A stretch of 64,000 nt of DNA from the NCBI GenBank assembly GCA_035453905.1, contig DAOTDZ010000014.1, positions 86,452-150,451 on the forward strand, written 5' to 3'. The notes below the pieces were generated by a model. It had not been told where the DNA came from. It made no database searches and saw only the letters and a program-made list of their open reading frames with translations. Made by a program: the position numbers and the translations under genes. Numbering within the stretch: the first letter of the stretch is position 1; every line of letters starts with the position of its first letter. This DNA is from Myxococcota bacterium. GTDB taxonomy: Bacteria; Myxococcota; B64-G9. Below are positions 46,589-55,715 of the stretch, one piece after another.

Positions 46589-48757
46589 TCACAGCTCCAT
46601 CCACAGCTGGAGGTAAATCGTGCGCGGCGCCAGCGGGTAGTCGACCCCGCCATAGCCGGGGTCCGGACCCTCGACGCCGATCAGGTTGGTGCCGATCAGC
46701 CGGATCTCGGACTTGTGCCCCTGCAGCAGCTCCAGATCGAAGAGCGCCAGGGAGGCGTTCAGCATGACGTACGGATCGAGCGCGTAGACCTCGCCCGCCT
46801 CCAGCGCGTTCTCGTCGCTGGCGTCCCGTGTGTCCACGTAGCTGAGCTCCAGCGTGAGCCGCAGCGGCAGCCAGGGGAGCTGGCCGCGCACGCCCGCGTG
46901 CATCAGCCAGGTCGGGTAGGTGCTGCTCTCGGATCCGAGCAGGTCGGCCACGTAGCCCGGCTGCCCCAGGTCGCGGACCAGGTAAGCCATGGACAGGTTC
47001 AGGTAGCCCTGGATCCACCGCTTCCAGCGCGCCCTGATCTCGGTCTCCCAGGACAGCAGGCCCATCTCGGCCACGTTGCGGGCCACCTTGTTCACGCCCT
47101 GCAGGGTGAACTCGGCCTTGTCCTGCAGGTAGGAGTAGGCCAGATCGGTGCTCACCTGGAGGAAGTCCCAGGGCTCGTACGAGACCTGCAGCTCGAAGGT
47201 GTCCACGCGCTGCGGCTCGAGGTCCGGGTTGCCCTGGATGTCGCCCGAGCGCATGGGCTCGCCGTACAGCAGCAGCGGGGCCGGCGCCTTGAAGGCGTGG
47301 CCGTACAGCAGCTTGAGGTAGAGCTTGTCGAGCGGCTGGTACACCGCGCCCGCGCGGCCGCTGACCTGGCTGCCGTAGATGTTGTGCCAGTCGTAGCGGA
47401 TGCCGCCGGTCAGGCTGAGCGTCTTCTCGATCGGCGTCCAGGACACCTGGAGGTAGGCGTCCGGGTTCAGGAAGGCCTCGATGCCGGCGTGGGTGGAGGT
47501 GGACTCGCGCACGTCGCCCGGCTCCAGGGAGCCGACCTTCGTCTTGAGCACGTGCAGGTACGAGGGCAGCAGCTCCTCGTCGTAGATCACGCCCACCCCG
47601 GCCACGAACGCCAGCGAGGGCAGGGCCTGGTACTGCGCGCCCAGGTGCAGCTCGCCGCCCTGGTAGCGGTACTTGCGCTCCACGTAGTAGATGTCGCTGC
47701 CGAGCTCGATGCGGTCGCGGGGGCCGGGGCTGCCGCGGAAGTACAGCCCGTCCACCTCGAGGCGCCAGTCCGTGGACAGCTTGAACTCGCCGCGCAGGTC
47801 GACGTATCCCTGCTGGATCGAGACCTGGTTATCGATGGTGCGGCCGGACTCGTCCAGGCCGCTGCCGAGCTGGAGCCAGTCGGCGAACTCCGCCCCGCGA
47901 TCGAGGTAGGACATGTAGCCGGTCATGGACACCTGGCCGGCGTCGCCCAGGCCATAGGCCAGCTTGAGCAAGCCCGTACCCGAGGTCTGCTCCAGGCCCT
48001 CGGCCCGGGTGTCGTTGGCCCGCGAGGCGGGCAGCTTCGGGGACGGGGAAGACCCGGGCAGGGTCAGCTCGGACAGGTCGCGGTAACCCAGCCGCCCGGC
48101 CACCAGGACGTCCAGCTCGCCCGTCTTGAAACCGACCGCCAGGTCGGTGCTCCCGCCAAGCTTGGTCCCGTCGAAGCCGCCGCCCAGGATCACCCGGCCG
48201 CCCGCGAGGTCGTCGCCCTTGAGGGTGATGATGTTCACCACGCCCAGGAAGGCGTCCGCGCCGTACAAGGCCGAGGCCGGTCCGCGGATGACCTCCACCC
48301 GCTCGATGGCGCTCATGGGGATCAGCTCCGGGCCGAGCCAGTTGGCCCCGGTCTGGCGCATGGCTACGGTGTGGCCGTCGATCATCACCTTGATGAGACC
48401 GCTCTCGGAGCGCAGCCCGCTGCCCACGCCGCGCACGCCCACGTCCGGGGAGATGTGGTTGTCGACCAGGTACACCCCGGCCACGTGGCGCAGCACGTCC
48501 GCGACGGAGTCGTAGCCCCAGGCCCGGATCTCCTGGGCGTTCAACACGGTGACCACGGCCGGAGCCTCCTCGACGGTCTGCTCGGTCTTGGTGGCCGAGA
48601 CCACCACGTTGAGCAGGTCCTCGAGGTTCAACTCCTCGAAGTCCTTGACGTCATCCCCGATGTCGCCCTGCGCTTCCTCCTCGGCCTGGCCAGCCAGAGG
48701 CAGTCCTAACCCGATCGAGGCAACCAGGATGGAGACGAACCGGAGTGGCGTTAGCAT
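46589..48757 (-). CDS. TonB-dependent outer-membrane receptor
   Basis: ATG is at 48757. A signal peptide is followed by a plug (VVVSATKTEQTVEEAPAVVTVLNAQEI, IRGPASALYGADAFLGVVNIIT). A barrel follows, and the C-terminus is aromatic (YLQLWMEL). Confidence 0.8.
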   Translation of the reverse strand: MLTPLRFVSILVASIGLGLPLAGQAEEEAQGDIGDDVKDFEELNLEDLLNVVVSATKTEQTVEEAPAVVTVLNAQEIRAWGYDSVADVLRHVAGVYLVDNHISPDVGVRGVGSGLRSESGLIKVMIDGHTVAMRQTGANWLGPELIPMSAIERVEVIRGPASALYGADAFLGVVNIITLKGDDLAGGRVILGGGFDGTKLGGSTDLAVGFKTGELDVLVAGRLGYRDLSELTLPGSSPSPKLPASRANDTRAEGLEQTSGTGLLKLAYGLGDAGQVSMTGYMSYLDRGAEFADWLQLGSGLDESGRTIDNQVSIQQGYVDLRGEFKLSTDWRLEVDGLYFRGSPGPRDRIELGSDIYYVERKYRYQGGELHLGAQYQALPSLAFVAGVGVIYDEELLPSYLHVLKTKVGSLEPGDVRESTSTHAGIEAFLNPDAYLQVSWTPIEKTLSLTGGIRYDWHNIYGSQVSGRAGAVYQPLDKLYLKLLYGHAFKAPAPLLLYGEPMRSGDIQGNPDLEPQRVDTFELQVSYEPWDFLQVSTDLAYSYLQDKAEFTLQGVNKVARNVAEMGLLSWETEIRARWKRWIQGYLNLSMAYLVRDLGQPGYVADLLGSESSTYPTWLMHAGVRGQLPWLPLRLTLELSYVDTRDASDENALEAGEVYALDPYVMLNASLALFDLELLQGHKSEIRLIGTNLIGVEGPDPGYGGVDYPLAPRTIYLQLWMEL

Positions 48758-48915
48758 GCGCGCGTTCTCTCGGGGCAAGTGTTCATGTACCGGACTTGGT
48801 GTATGCCAGGATCGCCCTTTTTGCAATACCTATCTTCAATCATTTCCGGAGACTGGTTCCAATTCTGGAGCCGAACGGGTAGCATCGGCTGTCGCCCACG
48901 CGGAGGTGGATTCCG

Positions 48916-49404
48916 GTGAGAGCAGCTCCCCTGGCGGGATTCTTCCTGGTGATGCTCCCTGGCCTGGCCCTGGCCGCTGATCCGGCGGCCGCACCGGTGC
49001 AGCAGCAGCACCGGCTGGTGACGCTCGAGCTCGACGGGCCAGCGTTGCGGGTCCTGGCCTCCCAGGTCGTCCCCCTGCCGTTGCCCAAGCGCCGGGGAGG
49101 GGAGGCGGTCGGCTCCGGCCACCCCTGGCGCGCCCGGCTGCTCGGCCCCGGAGGCGCGGTGCTGCACACCCTCGGCCTCGGCGATCCCACCGAGCTGCGC
49201 GTGGAGCACGCCGACGACGCGGGCCGGATCCGCGCCCAGCGCGTCCGCCGGGAGGGCCCGGTGGTGTTCTGCCTGCGCCTGCCGCTGACCGCAGGCCGGC
49301 TCGAGCTCCAGCGGCTCGATCCCGCCCGGCCGCGGGAGCGGCGGGCCCCGGAGGACGCCTGGCAGGGCGTCGGCGCGGTGGAGCTCCCGGGGGTGGCGCC
49401 GTGA
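48916..49404 (+). CDS. Hypothetical small secreted protein
   Basis: GTG start. The signal is LAGFFLVMLPGLALA. The stop overlaps the GTG start of the M64 gene as GTGA. Confidence 0.4.
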   Translation: MRAAPLAGFFLVMLPGLALAADPAAAPVQQQHRLVTLELDGPALRVLASQVVPLPLPKRRGGEAVGSGHPWRARLLGPGGAVLHTLGLGDPTELRVEHADDAGRIRAQRVRREGPVVFCLRLPLTAGRLELQRLDPARPRERRAPEDAWQGVGAVELPGVAP

Positions 49405-51953
49405 GCCGCCCGCGCGCGGCCCTGGCCGCCTGCCTGGTCAGCCTGGGCCTGGCGCTGTCCGCCGCGGCCTACGACGTGGAGACCGTGCAGACCTCCGGGG
49501 ACTCCGCCAACCGCATCGATCTGGTCATCCTGGGGGACGGCTACAGGGTCGAGGACCAGGCCAAGCTGACGAGCGACGTGCAGTCCTTCCTCACGCGCTT
49601 CTGGCAGCAGACCCCCTACGCGGAGTACCGCAACTTCTTCAACGTGAAGCTCATCCACGTCATCTCGAACGAGAACGGGGCGGACAACGGCTCGTACGGC
49701 GCGGTGCGCGACACGGCCCTGGGCGCCTACTACAACTGCTACAACATCGATCGCCTGATCTGCCTCGACACCTGGGCCGTGTACCAGGCGGCCAACGCGG
49801 ACGCGCCCGAGTGGGACTTCCTGTTCGTGATGGTGAACGATCCCAAATACGGGGGCTCCGGGGGCTCGATCTCGGTCTTCTCCGTGCACGCCCTGGCTGG
49901 AGACATCGCCATCCACGAGTTCGGGCACTCGTTCGGCGGGCTGGCCGACGAGTACGAGGACGCCTACCCGGGCTACCCGGGCTGCGGCTCGGACTGCCCG
50001 GAGCCCAACGTGACCACCCGGACGGTGCGCGAGGAGGTCAAGTGGAACCCGTGGATCGACGCGGCCACGCCGGTTCCCACGCCCGAGACCGGGACCTACT
50101 GGGACGCGGTGGGGGTGTTCGAGGGAGCCCGCTACCAGACCACGGGTGTCTTCCGCCCGAAGCAGGCCTGCTTCATGCGCCAGTACGGAGTCCCGTTCTG
50201 TGAGGTGTGCGAGGAGGCCCTGGTGCTGTCGGTCTACCAGCAGGTCTCGCCGCTCGACAGCGCCTCCCCGGCCGGCCCGGTCAGCCTCGGGAGCTGCGAC
50301 CTGGCCAGCTTCGAGGTCGCCTACCCGCGGCCGGTGCCGGACACCGTGGAGGTCACCTGGCGCGTGGACGGCCAGGTCGTCCAGACGGGTGGCGCGGGGT
50401 TCGAGCTGGACGCCTCCGGGCTGTCGATCGGCGCCCATCAGCTCGAGGCCGAGATCGCCGATCTGACTCCGCTGGTGCGAACCGACCCCTCGTCGCTCCT
50501 GGTGGAGCGCCAGATCTGGACGGTCCAGGTGACCGGGACGCCGGTCTGCCTCATCGGCGGGGAGTGCATCCCCGATGGCACGCTGAACCCCGCCAACCCC
50601 TGCGAGATCTGCCAGGCGGCGAGCCAGCCCGGCGCCTGGAGCCCGCTCTCCGGGGTGGCCTGCGGCGACGGCCTCTACTGCAACGGCGCGGAGGCATGCC
50701 AGGCCGGCGCCTGCCAGGCCGGCGCGGCGCCCTGCCAGGACGACGGTCTGGCCTGCACGCTCACCTGCGACGAGGCCGGGCAGCGCTGCAACCTGCCCCA
50801 GGCAGGCTGGTGCGCCATCGCCGGGGTGTGCAGGACGGCGGGCGAGGCCGAGCCCGGCAACCCCTGCCGCACCTGCCAGCCGGGCGTGGATCCCTCGGCC
50901 TGGGTCCCCGACGACAGCGCCACCTGCGGCGACGGGGAGTTCTGCGACGGCCCGGAGACCTGCCAGGGCGGCGTCTGCCAGGCCGGCGCGGCGCCCTGCC
51001 AGGACGACGGCCTGGCCTGCACGGACACCTGCGACGAGGCCGGGCAGCGCTGCGACGTGCCCCAGGCGGGCTGGTGTGCCATCGCCGGGGTGTGCGCGAC
51101 CGCCGGGGAGGCCGAGCCCGGGAACCCCTGCCGGACCTGCCAGCCCGGGCTGGACCCGCTGGCCTGGACGGCGGACGATGGCCGGGCCTGCGAGGACGGC
51201 CTCTACTGCAACGGCGCGGAGACCTGCCTGGCCGGCGCGTGCCAGGCCGGCGCGGCGCCCTGCCAGGACGACGGCCTGGCCTGCACGGACACCTGCGACG
51301 AGGCCGGGCAGCGCTGCGACGTGCCCCAGGCGGGCTGGTGTGCCATCGCCGGGGTGTGCGCGACCGCCGGGGAGGCCGAGCCCGGGAACCCCTGCCGGAC
51401 CTGCCAGCCCGGGCTGGACCCGCTCGCCTGGAGCCCGGACGACACGGCGGGCTGCGACGACGCGCGGCCCTGCACGACCAGCGACCATTGCCAGGCGGGC
51501 GCCTGCGTGGGCCAGCTCAGCCCGGGCTGCTGCACCGTGGCGGCCGACTGCGACGACGGGCTCGCCTGCACCCAGGACGCGTGCGACGCGGGCCAGAGCG
51601 CTTGCTCCAGCTCGCTGTCGGCCGGGGCCTGCCTGGTGGACGGCGTCTGCGCCCTCGCGGGAGAGGCCTCGCCGGGCAACGCCTGCCTGACCTGTCAGCC
51701 CGGCACGGCGCCGCGGGCCTGGACGTCGGCCGAGGGCGCGGCCTGCGACGATGGCGACCCGTGCACCGCGGGGGGCGCCTGCCTGGCGGGCGCCTGCGCG
51801 CCGGGTGAGCGCCTGTGCGACCCGAGTTGCCCCTGCGAGGAGCCCGCCATGAAGGGCGGCTGTGGGTGCGGGGCGGGGACGGGCCAGGCGCCGGGCGCCC
51901 TGCTGTCCGTGCTGCTCGGGTGGCTGTGGGTGCGGCGCCGGCCGCGGGCGTGA
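49401..51953 (+). CDS. M64-family (IgA-peptidase-like) zinc metallopeptidase fused to three 88-aa Cys-rich repeats, with a MYXO-CTERM sorting signal
   Basis: The signal peptide is present. The zinc site is HEFGHSFGGLADEY. Three 88-aa repeats have the form CGDGxYCNGAETC.AGACQAGAAPCQDDGLACTDTCDEAGQRCDVPQAGWCAIAGVC. The C-terminus GGCGCGAGTGQAPGALLSVLLGWLWVRRRPRA is a MYXO-CTERM tail. The antisense ORF 48840..51488 is rejected. Confidence 0.8.
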   Translation: MSRPRAALAACLVSLGLALSAAAYDVETVQTSGDSANRIDLVILGDGYRVEDQAKLTSDVQSFLTRFWQQTPYAEYRNFFNVKLIHVISNENGADNGSYGAVRDTALGAYYNCYNIDRLICLDTWAVYQAANADAPEWDFLFVMVNDPKYGGSGGSISVFSVHALAGDIAIHEFGHSFGGLADEYEDAYPGYPGCGSDCPEPNVTTRTVREEVKWNPWIDAATPVPTPETGTYWDAVGVFEGARYQTTGVFRPKQACFMRQYGVPFCEVCEEALVLSVYQQVSPLDSASPAGPVSLGSCDLASFEVAYPRPVPDTVEVTWRVDGQVVQTGGAGFELDASGLSIGAHQLEAEIADLTPLVRTDPSSLLVERQIWTVQVTGTPVCLIGGECIPDGTLNPANPCEICQAASQPGAWSPLSGVACGDGLYCNGAEACQAGACQAGAAPCQDDGLACTLTCDEAGQRCNLPQAGWCAIAGVCRTAGEAEPGNPCRTCQPGVDPSAWVPDDSATCGDGEFCDGPETCQGGVCQAGAAPCQDDGLACTDTCDEAGQRCDVPQAGWCAIAGVCATAGEAEPGNPCRTCQPGLDPLAWTADDGRACEDGLYCNGAETCLAGACQAGAAPCQDDGLACTDTCDEAGQRCDVPQAGWCAIAGVCATAGEAEPGNPCRTCQPGLDPLAWSPDDTAGCDDARPCTTSDHCQAGACVGQLSPGCCTVAADCDDGLACTQDACDAGQSACSSSLSAGACLVDGVCALAGEASPGNACLTCQPGTAPRAWTSAEGAACDDGDPCTAGGACLAGACAPGERLCDPSCPCEEPAMKGGCGCGAGTGQAPGALLSVLLGWLWVRRRPRA
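50650..51441. repeat. Three tandem 264-bp repeats inside the M64 gene; copies 2 and 3 share an identical stretch of more than 180 bp
   Basis: Direct comparison of 50976-51160 with 51240-51423 shows identical sequence. Copy 1 (about 50650-50913) is diverged. Confidence 0.75.
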
Positions 51954-51961
51954 GGCGCGGG

Positions 51962-52393
51962 TCAGCCGTCTTCGGGATCCTGCGGGGAGTCCGCGCAGGG
52001 GTGCGCGGCCAGGAGGGCGTCGGCCTGGGCCTCCAGGTCGGGCCGGCGGAGGCCGCCGTGCAGGTAGAGCTTGTGCCCCTCGAACGAGCAGGGCGCCGGG
52101 TCGAGCCGGGGGATCGCCTCGCGCTCGCCCTGCAGGTGCTGGGCGAGCGCGCCGTCCAGGAAGTCGAGCCCGAGCGAGATGGCCCGGTCGTCCGGCAGGT
52201 CCGGCACGTCCAGGATGAACTCCATCAGCCGATCGGCGGGCAGGTCATGGAGGCGCAGCTCCAGCCGCCGGGCGCCCTGGTGGTGCCCGAAGACGAGGGT
52301 GATGGACTCGTTTGCCCGCAGGCGTGCGGCGTGGCGCTCGGTGAGCATCTGGGCGGCCTGGACTGCCAGGTGCAGGAGATCGTCGGGTTCCAT
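51962..52393 (-). CDS. Hypothetical protein
   Basis: The ORF shows GC3 bias. It is convergent with the M64 gene. No recognisable domain. Confidence 0.4.
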   Translation of the reverse strand: MEPDDLLHLAVQAAQMLTERHAARLRANESITLVFGHHQGARRLELRLHDLPADRLMEFILDVPDLPDDRAISLGLDFLDGALAQHLQGEREAIPRLDPAPCSFEGHKLYLHGGLRRPDLEAQADALLAAHPCADSPQDPEDG

Positions 52394-52434
52394 GGGGCCG
52401 ATTCTACCCGATCCGGCGAGCTGAGAGCAGGGTG

Positions 52435-52470
52435 TGTGGTGTGAATTTCACGGCCACTGTGAATCCTGAC
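52435..52470. promoter_or_regulatory. Candidate operator: palindrome GTGAAtTTCAC with a flanking direct repeat of TGTGAAT
   Basis: The sequence is gtGTGAATTTCACggccacTGTGAATcc. It lies in a 270-bp lower-GC divergent intergenic region between genes at 52393 (minus) and 52665 (plus). Confidence 0.25.
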
Positions 52471-52664
52471 AACAGCACCTGGCCAGGTTGAGGCGGACAT
52501 CGAGTCTTGTTTTCCTCCATCTGGTCGAATGCTAGTCCCCTCGGCCTCTTTCTGGCCCGGAATTTGCTTGGAAGTCGCCGAGGAATCGCTCAACGAAGAC
52601 ACGCCCTTGAAGAGGCAATCGATTCTGCCCGTCTTCTGGCACGGTCTTCTGGAGGAGCTCTCGG

Positions 52665-53480
52665 ATGGAAGCCTGCGCAACCCAACTCGGTGCTGCACCC
52701 AAGCTCGCGCCCCAGACCGGGGAGCCCCAGGTCCACATCGACCTCACCGATCCCCGCCAGCGGGCGCTGTACGACCGGCGCTACGGGCGGACGCTCCAGA
52801 GGCTTCGCTCCTGGCTGCGCCAGGACGACCACCACCGCGCCCGCCAGCTCGAGCGCGGGCTGGCCCGCCAGGGGCTGGCGCTTCGCGACCTGAAGGTCTT
52901 CGAGCTGGGCTTCGGCGCCGGTGAGCTCCTGCTGCGCTTCGAGCCGAGCTGCAGCCTGCACGGCTGTGATTCCTCCGAGGCCAGCGTGCTGGCGCTGGGG
53001 CACGACGCGCGCCTGGCGAGGTACCGCGAGCGCATGCTAGCCCTGTCGGCTCGGGACGGCGGGCCCGCGTATCCCTCCAGCGGCTACGACGTGGTCATCG
53101 CCTCGGACGGGCTGGAACCGCGGGCGCGCGCCGCGCAGACCCTTCTGAGCTTGCTCCGCCACACGCGGCCTGGCGGTCTGGGTGTGTTCTTCTTCGACGG
53201 CCAGGCGCACGATCTGGCCGCCTGCGCCCGCCTGCTGCGCGGCGCCGGCTGGGTGCTGCTCGAGGGGCAGGCGGGCAGCCGCCTCGGCGTCCGCGCCTGG
53301 GATCTGCGCGGCGCGGGCGCGCCGGGGCCGCTCGCGCGGCTCGGCGGGGCGGCGGATCGGGTGGCGGGCGCGCTCCTCGGGCTCGCGCCGGCGGGGCTGC
53401 GCCAGCTGTGCGAGTCCCCGCTGGCCGCCCTGCGCGTGCGCCCGTCCCGGCTGATGCTCGTGGCCCGGCGACCTGCCTGA
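52665..53480 (+). CDS. Class I SAM-dependent methyltransferase
   Basis: Motif I is VFELGFGAGELLL. The acidic motif is CDSSEA. Motif IV-like sequence is VVIASDGLE. Confidence 0.5.
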   Translation: MEACATQLGAAPKLAPQTGEPQVHIDLTDPRQRALYDRRYGRTLQRLRSWLRQDDHHRARQLERGLARQGLALRDLKVFELGFGAGELLLRFEPSCSLHGCDSSEASVLALGHDARLARYRERMLALSARDGGPAYPSSGYDVVIASDGLEPRARAAQTLLSLLRHTRPGGLGVFFFDGQAHDLAACARLLRGAGWVLLEGQAGSRLGVRAWDLRGAGAPGPLARLGGAADRVAGALLGLAPAGLRQLCESPLAALRVRPSRLMLVARRPA

Positions 53481-53532
53481 GCCGCGTTTCCGTTCACCCG
53501 CCCCGGCCGATCCTGGTAGGATGCCTGCCGGC

Positions 53533-54150
53533 ATGCGCTCCGTCCTTCCACTTCCCGTGTCCTGCGCGGCCGCGTGCCTGGCGCTGGCGGGTCTGCTCGC
53601 GGGCGGGCTCCAGGCGCAGCCCGCTGTCCCGCCCGCGAAGGCGGACCCGCGCCTCGAGCGCATGCTGGCCTGGGCCGAGGCCCGGCTCGGCACGGAGTAC
53701 CGCTTCGGCGGGCGGCTCACCCGGCGGCTGCCCGGGCTCGACTGCCTCGGTCTGATCTTCCTGGCCCACGCCCGCGCCGTGGGGGGCTCCTGGCGCGACT
53801 ACTCCGTGGTGCCCAGCCGGATGCTGCGCCTGCGCCAACTCGGGCCGGAGGTCGGCCGCTGGGCCTGGGACGAGGCGCCGCCGCCCTGCCCCGGAGACCT
53901 GCGGCGCGGAGACGTGCTGATCCTCTCCTGGCCCTGGGAGATCGAGGACGAGGTCCTCCAGCGCACGCCCGCGGGCCTGGCGCTGCGCAGCGCCCACGTG
54001 GGGCTGTACCTGGGCGCGGGGCGCTGCCTGCACGCCAGCCCCTTCGCTGGGCGCGTGGTCATCGAGCCCCTGGAGGCCCTGCTCCGGGAGCAGGGCTACC
54101 TCGGCATGATCGCCGTCCGCCCCTTCGGGGCGAGCACGCACGGGAGGTGA
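53533..54150 (+). CDS. NlpC/P60 (C40) family peptidase, secreted
   Basis: The signal peptide is present. YRFGG and the catalytic Cys in GLDCLGLIF are followed by HVGLYLGAGRCLHAS (His). Confidence 0.7.
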   Translation: MRSVLPLPVSCAAACLALAGLLAGGLQAQPAVPPAKADPRLERMLAWAEARLGTEYRFGGRLTRRLPGLDCLGLIFLAHARAVGGSWRDYSVVPSRMLRLRQLGPEVGRWAWDEAPPPCPGDLRRGDVLILSWPWEIEDEVLQRTPAGLALRSAHVGLYLGAGRCLHASPFAGRVVIEPLEALLREQGYLGMIAVRPFGASTHGR

Positions 54151-54156
54151 GGGAGC

Positions 54157-55614
54157 ATGCAGCGGCTGGGGTGCCTGACGGTCGGTCTGCTGGGTGTGTG
54201 GAGCCTGGGCATGCGGGTCGAGGACGTGCCCGATCCCATGCGCGCGGCCGGGAGCTTCGTCATGGACGCGGCCCGGGTGCTGGACCCGGGCACGGCCGGG
54301 GAGCTCGACGAGACCTGCCGCAGGCTCGAGCGGGACACGGGCGTCGAGCTGGCTGTGGTGACCGTGGACCGGCTGGAGGGTCTGGCGGTCGAGGTGTATG
54401 CCCGCCGCCTGTTCGACCGGCTGGGCCTGGGCAAGAGCTGGCGGGACAACGGCGTGCTGGTGCTCCTGTCCCGGGACGATCGCGAGATCCGCATCGAGGT
54501 CGGGGCGGGGCTGCTGCAGGTACTGACGGACGAGAAGGCCGGGGCGCTGCTGGACCAGCACGCCATCCCGCGCTTCAAGGCGGGCCAGACCTCGGCCGGG
54601 CTCCTCGATCTCGCGCGAGGCCTGGCTGTCGCGCTCGGTCAGGCCCGCGCGCAGGGGCTCATCCGGGCCGAGGCCGGAGAGGGCCCGCCCGCCGGCGCCG
54701 ATGGGGGTCCAGCCGAGGCGGCGCACGCGCAGCCCGCGGCCCCGGTCCAGGCGCCGCCCGGACCGTCGGCCGCGGGCGGGTCGCCCTCGCCAGAGACCGC
54801 GGAGGCGCCGCGGGACTACTGGGCGGAGGCGCGGCGAGAAGAGCAGATGCTGGGCGGGCTGGCCCTGGGCGCGGGCATGGCGGGCTTCAGCCTGCTCGGC
54901 GCGGGGCTGCTGTCGCTGATCGTCCTGCTGCGCCGCACGCGGGCCGGCAAGAAGAAGACGCTGGGGCGCGGGGTGCTCTTCCCCGTGCTGCTGTGGTGCG
55001 GCGCCGTGGCCGGGGGGATCGCGGTCGGAGCGGAGACGGACGACGCGACCTGGCCGGTGGGGGTCGGCTTGGGCGCGGGCGGGCTGTTCACCACGCTGCA
55101 CTTCCTGCTGCGCCGCCGCCTGCGGCGCCACATGGAGAGCTACCGGCGGCCGTGCGGCAAGTGCAGGGCGCGCATGGACCTGGTGGACGAGCAGGCCGAC
55201 GACGCCCTGCTGAGCACCGAGGAGCAGGCCGAGGAGCGCATCGGGGGCGCGGACTGGGAGCTCTGGAACTGCCCCGGCTGCGGCGCCCAGGAGAAGATCG
55301 AGGTGAGCCTCGGCGGCGCCTCGCGCTGCGGCAAGTGCAAGCGGCGCACCCTGATCGTCAAGCGCACGACCCTGCGCTCCGCCACCTACGATCACGGCGG
55401 CGAGGTGCGGGTGGACGAGACCTGCCACAACCCGAACTGCCGCCACCACTCCTCGCACACGCACTCCACCCCCCGGTTGACTCGCCCGAGCCCGTCCTCG
55501 GGCGGCTCCCGCTCGTCCTCGAGCTCCTCCTCGCGATCCTCCTCCTCGTCTTCGTCCTCGGGTGGCTTCGGAGGAGGCCGCTCTGGCGGCGGGGGCGCCT
55601 CGCGCAAGTGGTGA
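54157..55614 (+). CDS. TPM-domain (TLP18.3/Psb32/MOLO-1) protein with TM helices, a C-terminal zinc-ribbon region and a Gly/Ser-rich tail
   Basis: TPM motifs are VLDPGTAGELDETCRRLERDTGVELAVVTV and DNGVLVLLSRDDREIRIEVGAGL. Zinc-ribbon Cys pairs are CGKCRARM...CPGCGAQ...CGKCKRR. The tail is SSGGFGGGRSGGGG. Confidence 0.75.
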   Translation: MQRLGCLTVGLLGVWSLGMRVEDVPDPMRAAGSFVMDAARVLDPGTAGELDETCRRLERDTGVELAVVTVDRLEGLAVEVYARRLFDRLGLGKSWRDNGVLVLLSRDDREIRIEVGAGLLQVLTDEKAGALLDQHAIPRFKAGQTSAGLLDLARGLAVALGQARAQGLIRAEAGEGPPAGADGGPAEAAHAQPAAPVQAPPGPSAAGGSPSPETAEAPRDYWAEARREEQMLGGLALGAGMAGFSLLGAGLLSLIVLLRRTRAGKKKTLGRGVLFPVLLWCGAVAGGIAVGAETDDATWPVGVGLGAGGLFTTLHFLLRRRLRRHMESYRRPCGKCRARMDLVDEQADDALLSTEEQAEERIGGADWELWNCPGCGAQEKIEVSLGGASRCGKCKRRTLIVKRTTLRSATYDHGGEVRVDETCHNPNCRHHSSHTHSTPRLTRPSPSSGGSRSSSSSSSRSSSSSSSSGGFGGGRSGGGGASRKW

Positions 55615-55715
55615 GGCGGCCCGCCGCTGGGCGTGACCGGAATCACAGCGCCTGGCTGAATTCGGGCCATGCTTCCGTCGTCTCGTGCGGTGAGCTCTTA
55701 CGAGGGAGGAGACCC

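Noticed and set aside
48840-51488. 882-aa minus-strand ORF
   Set aside because: It is antisense to the M64 peptidase gene.
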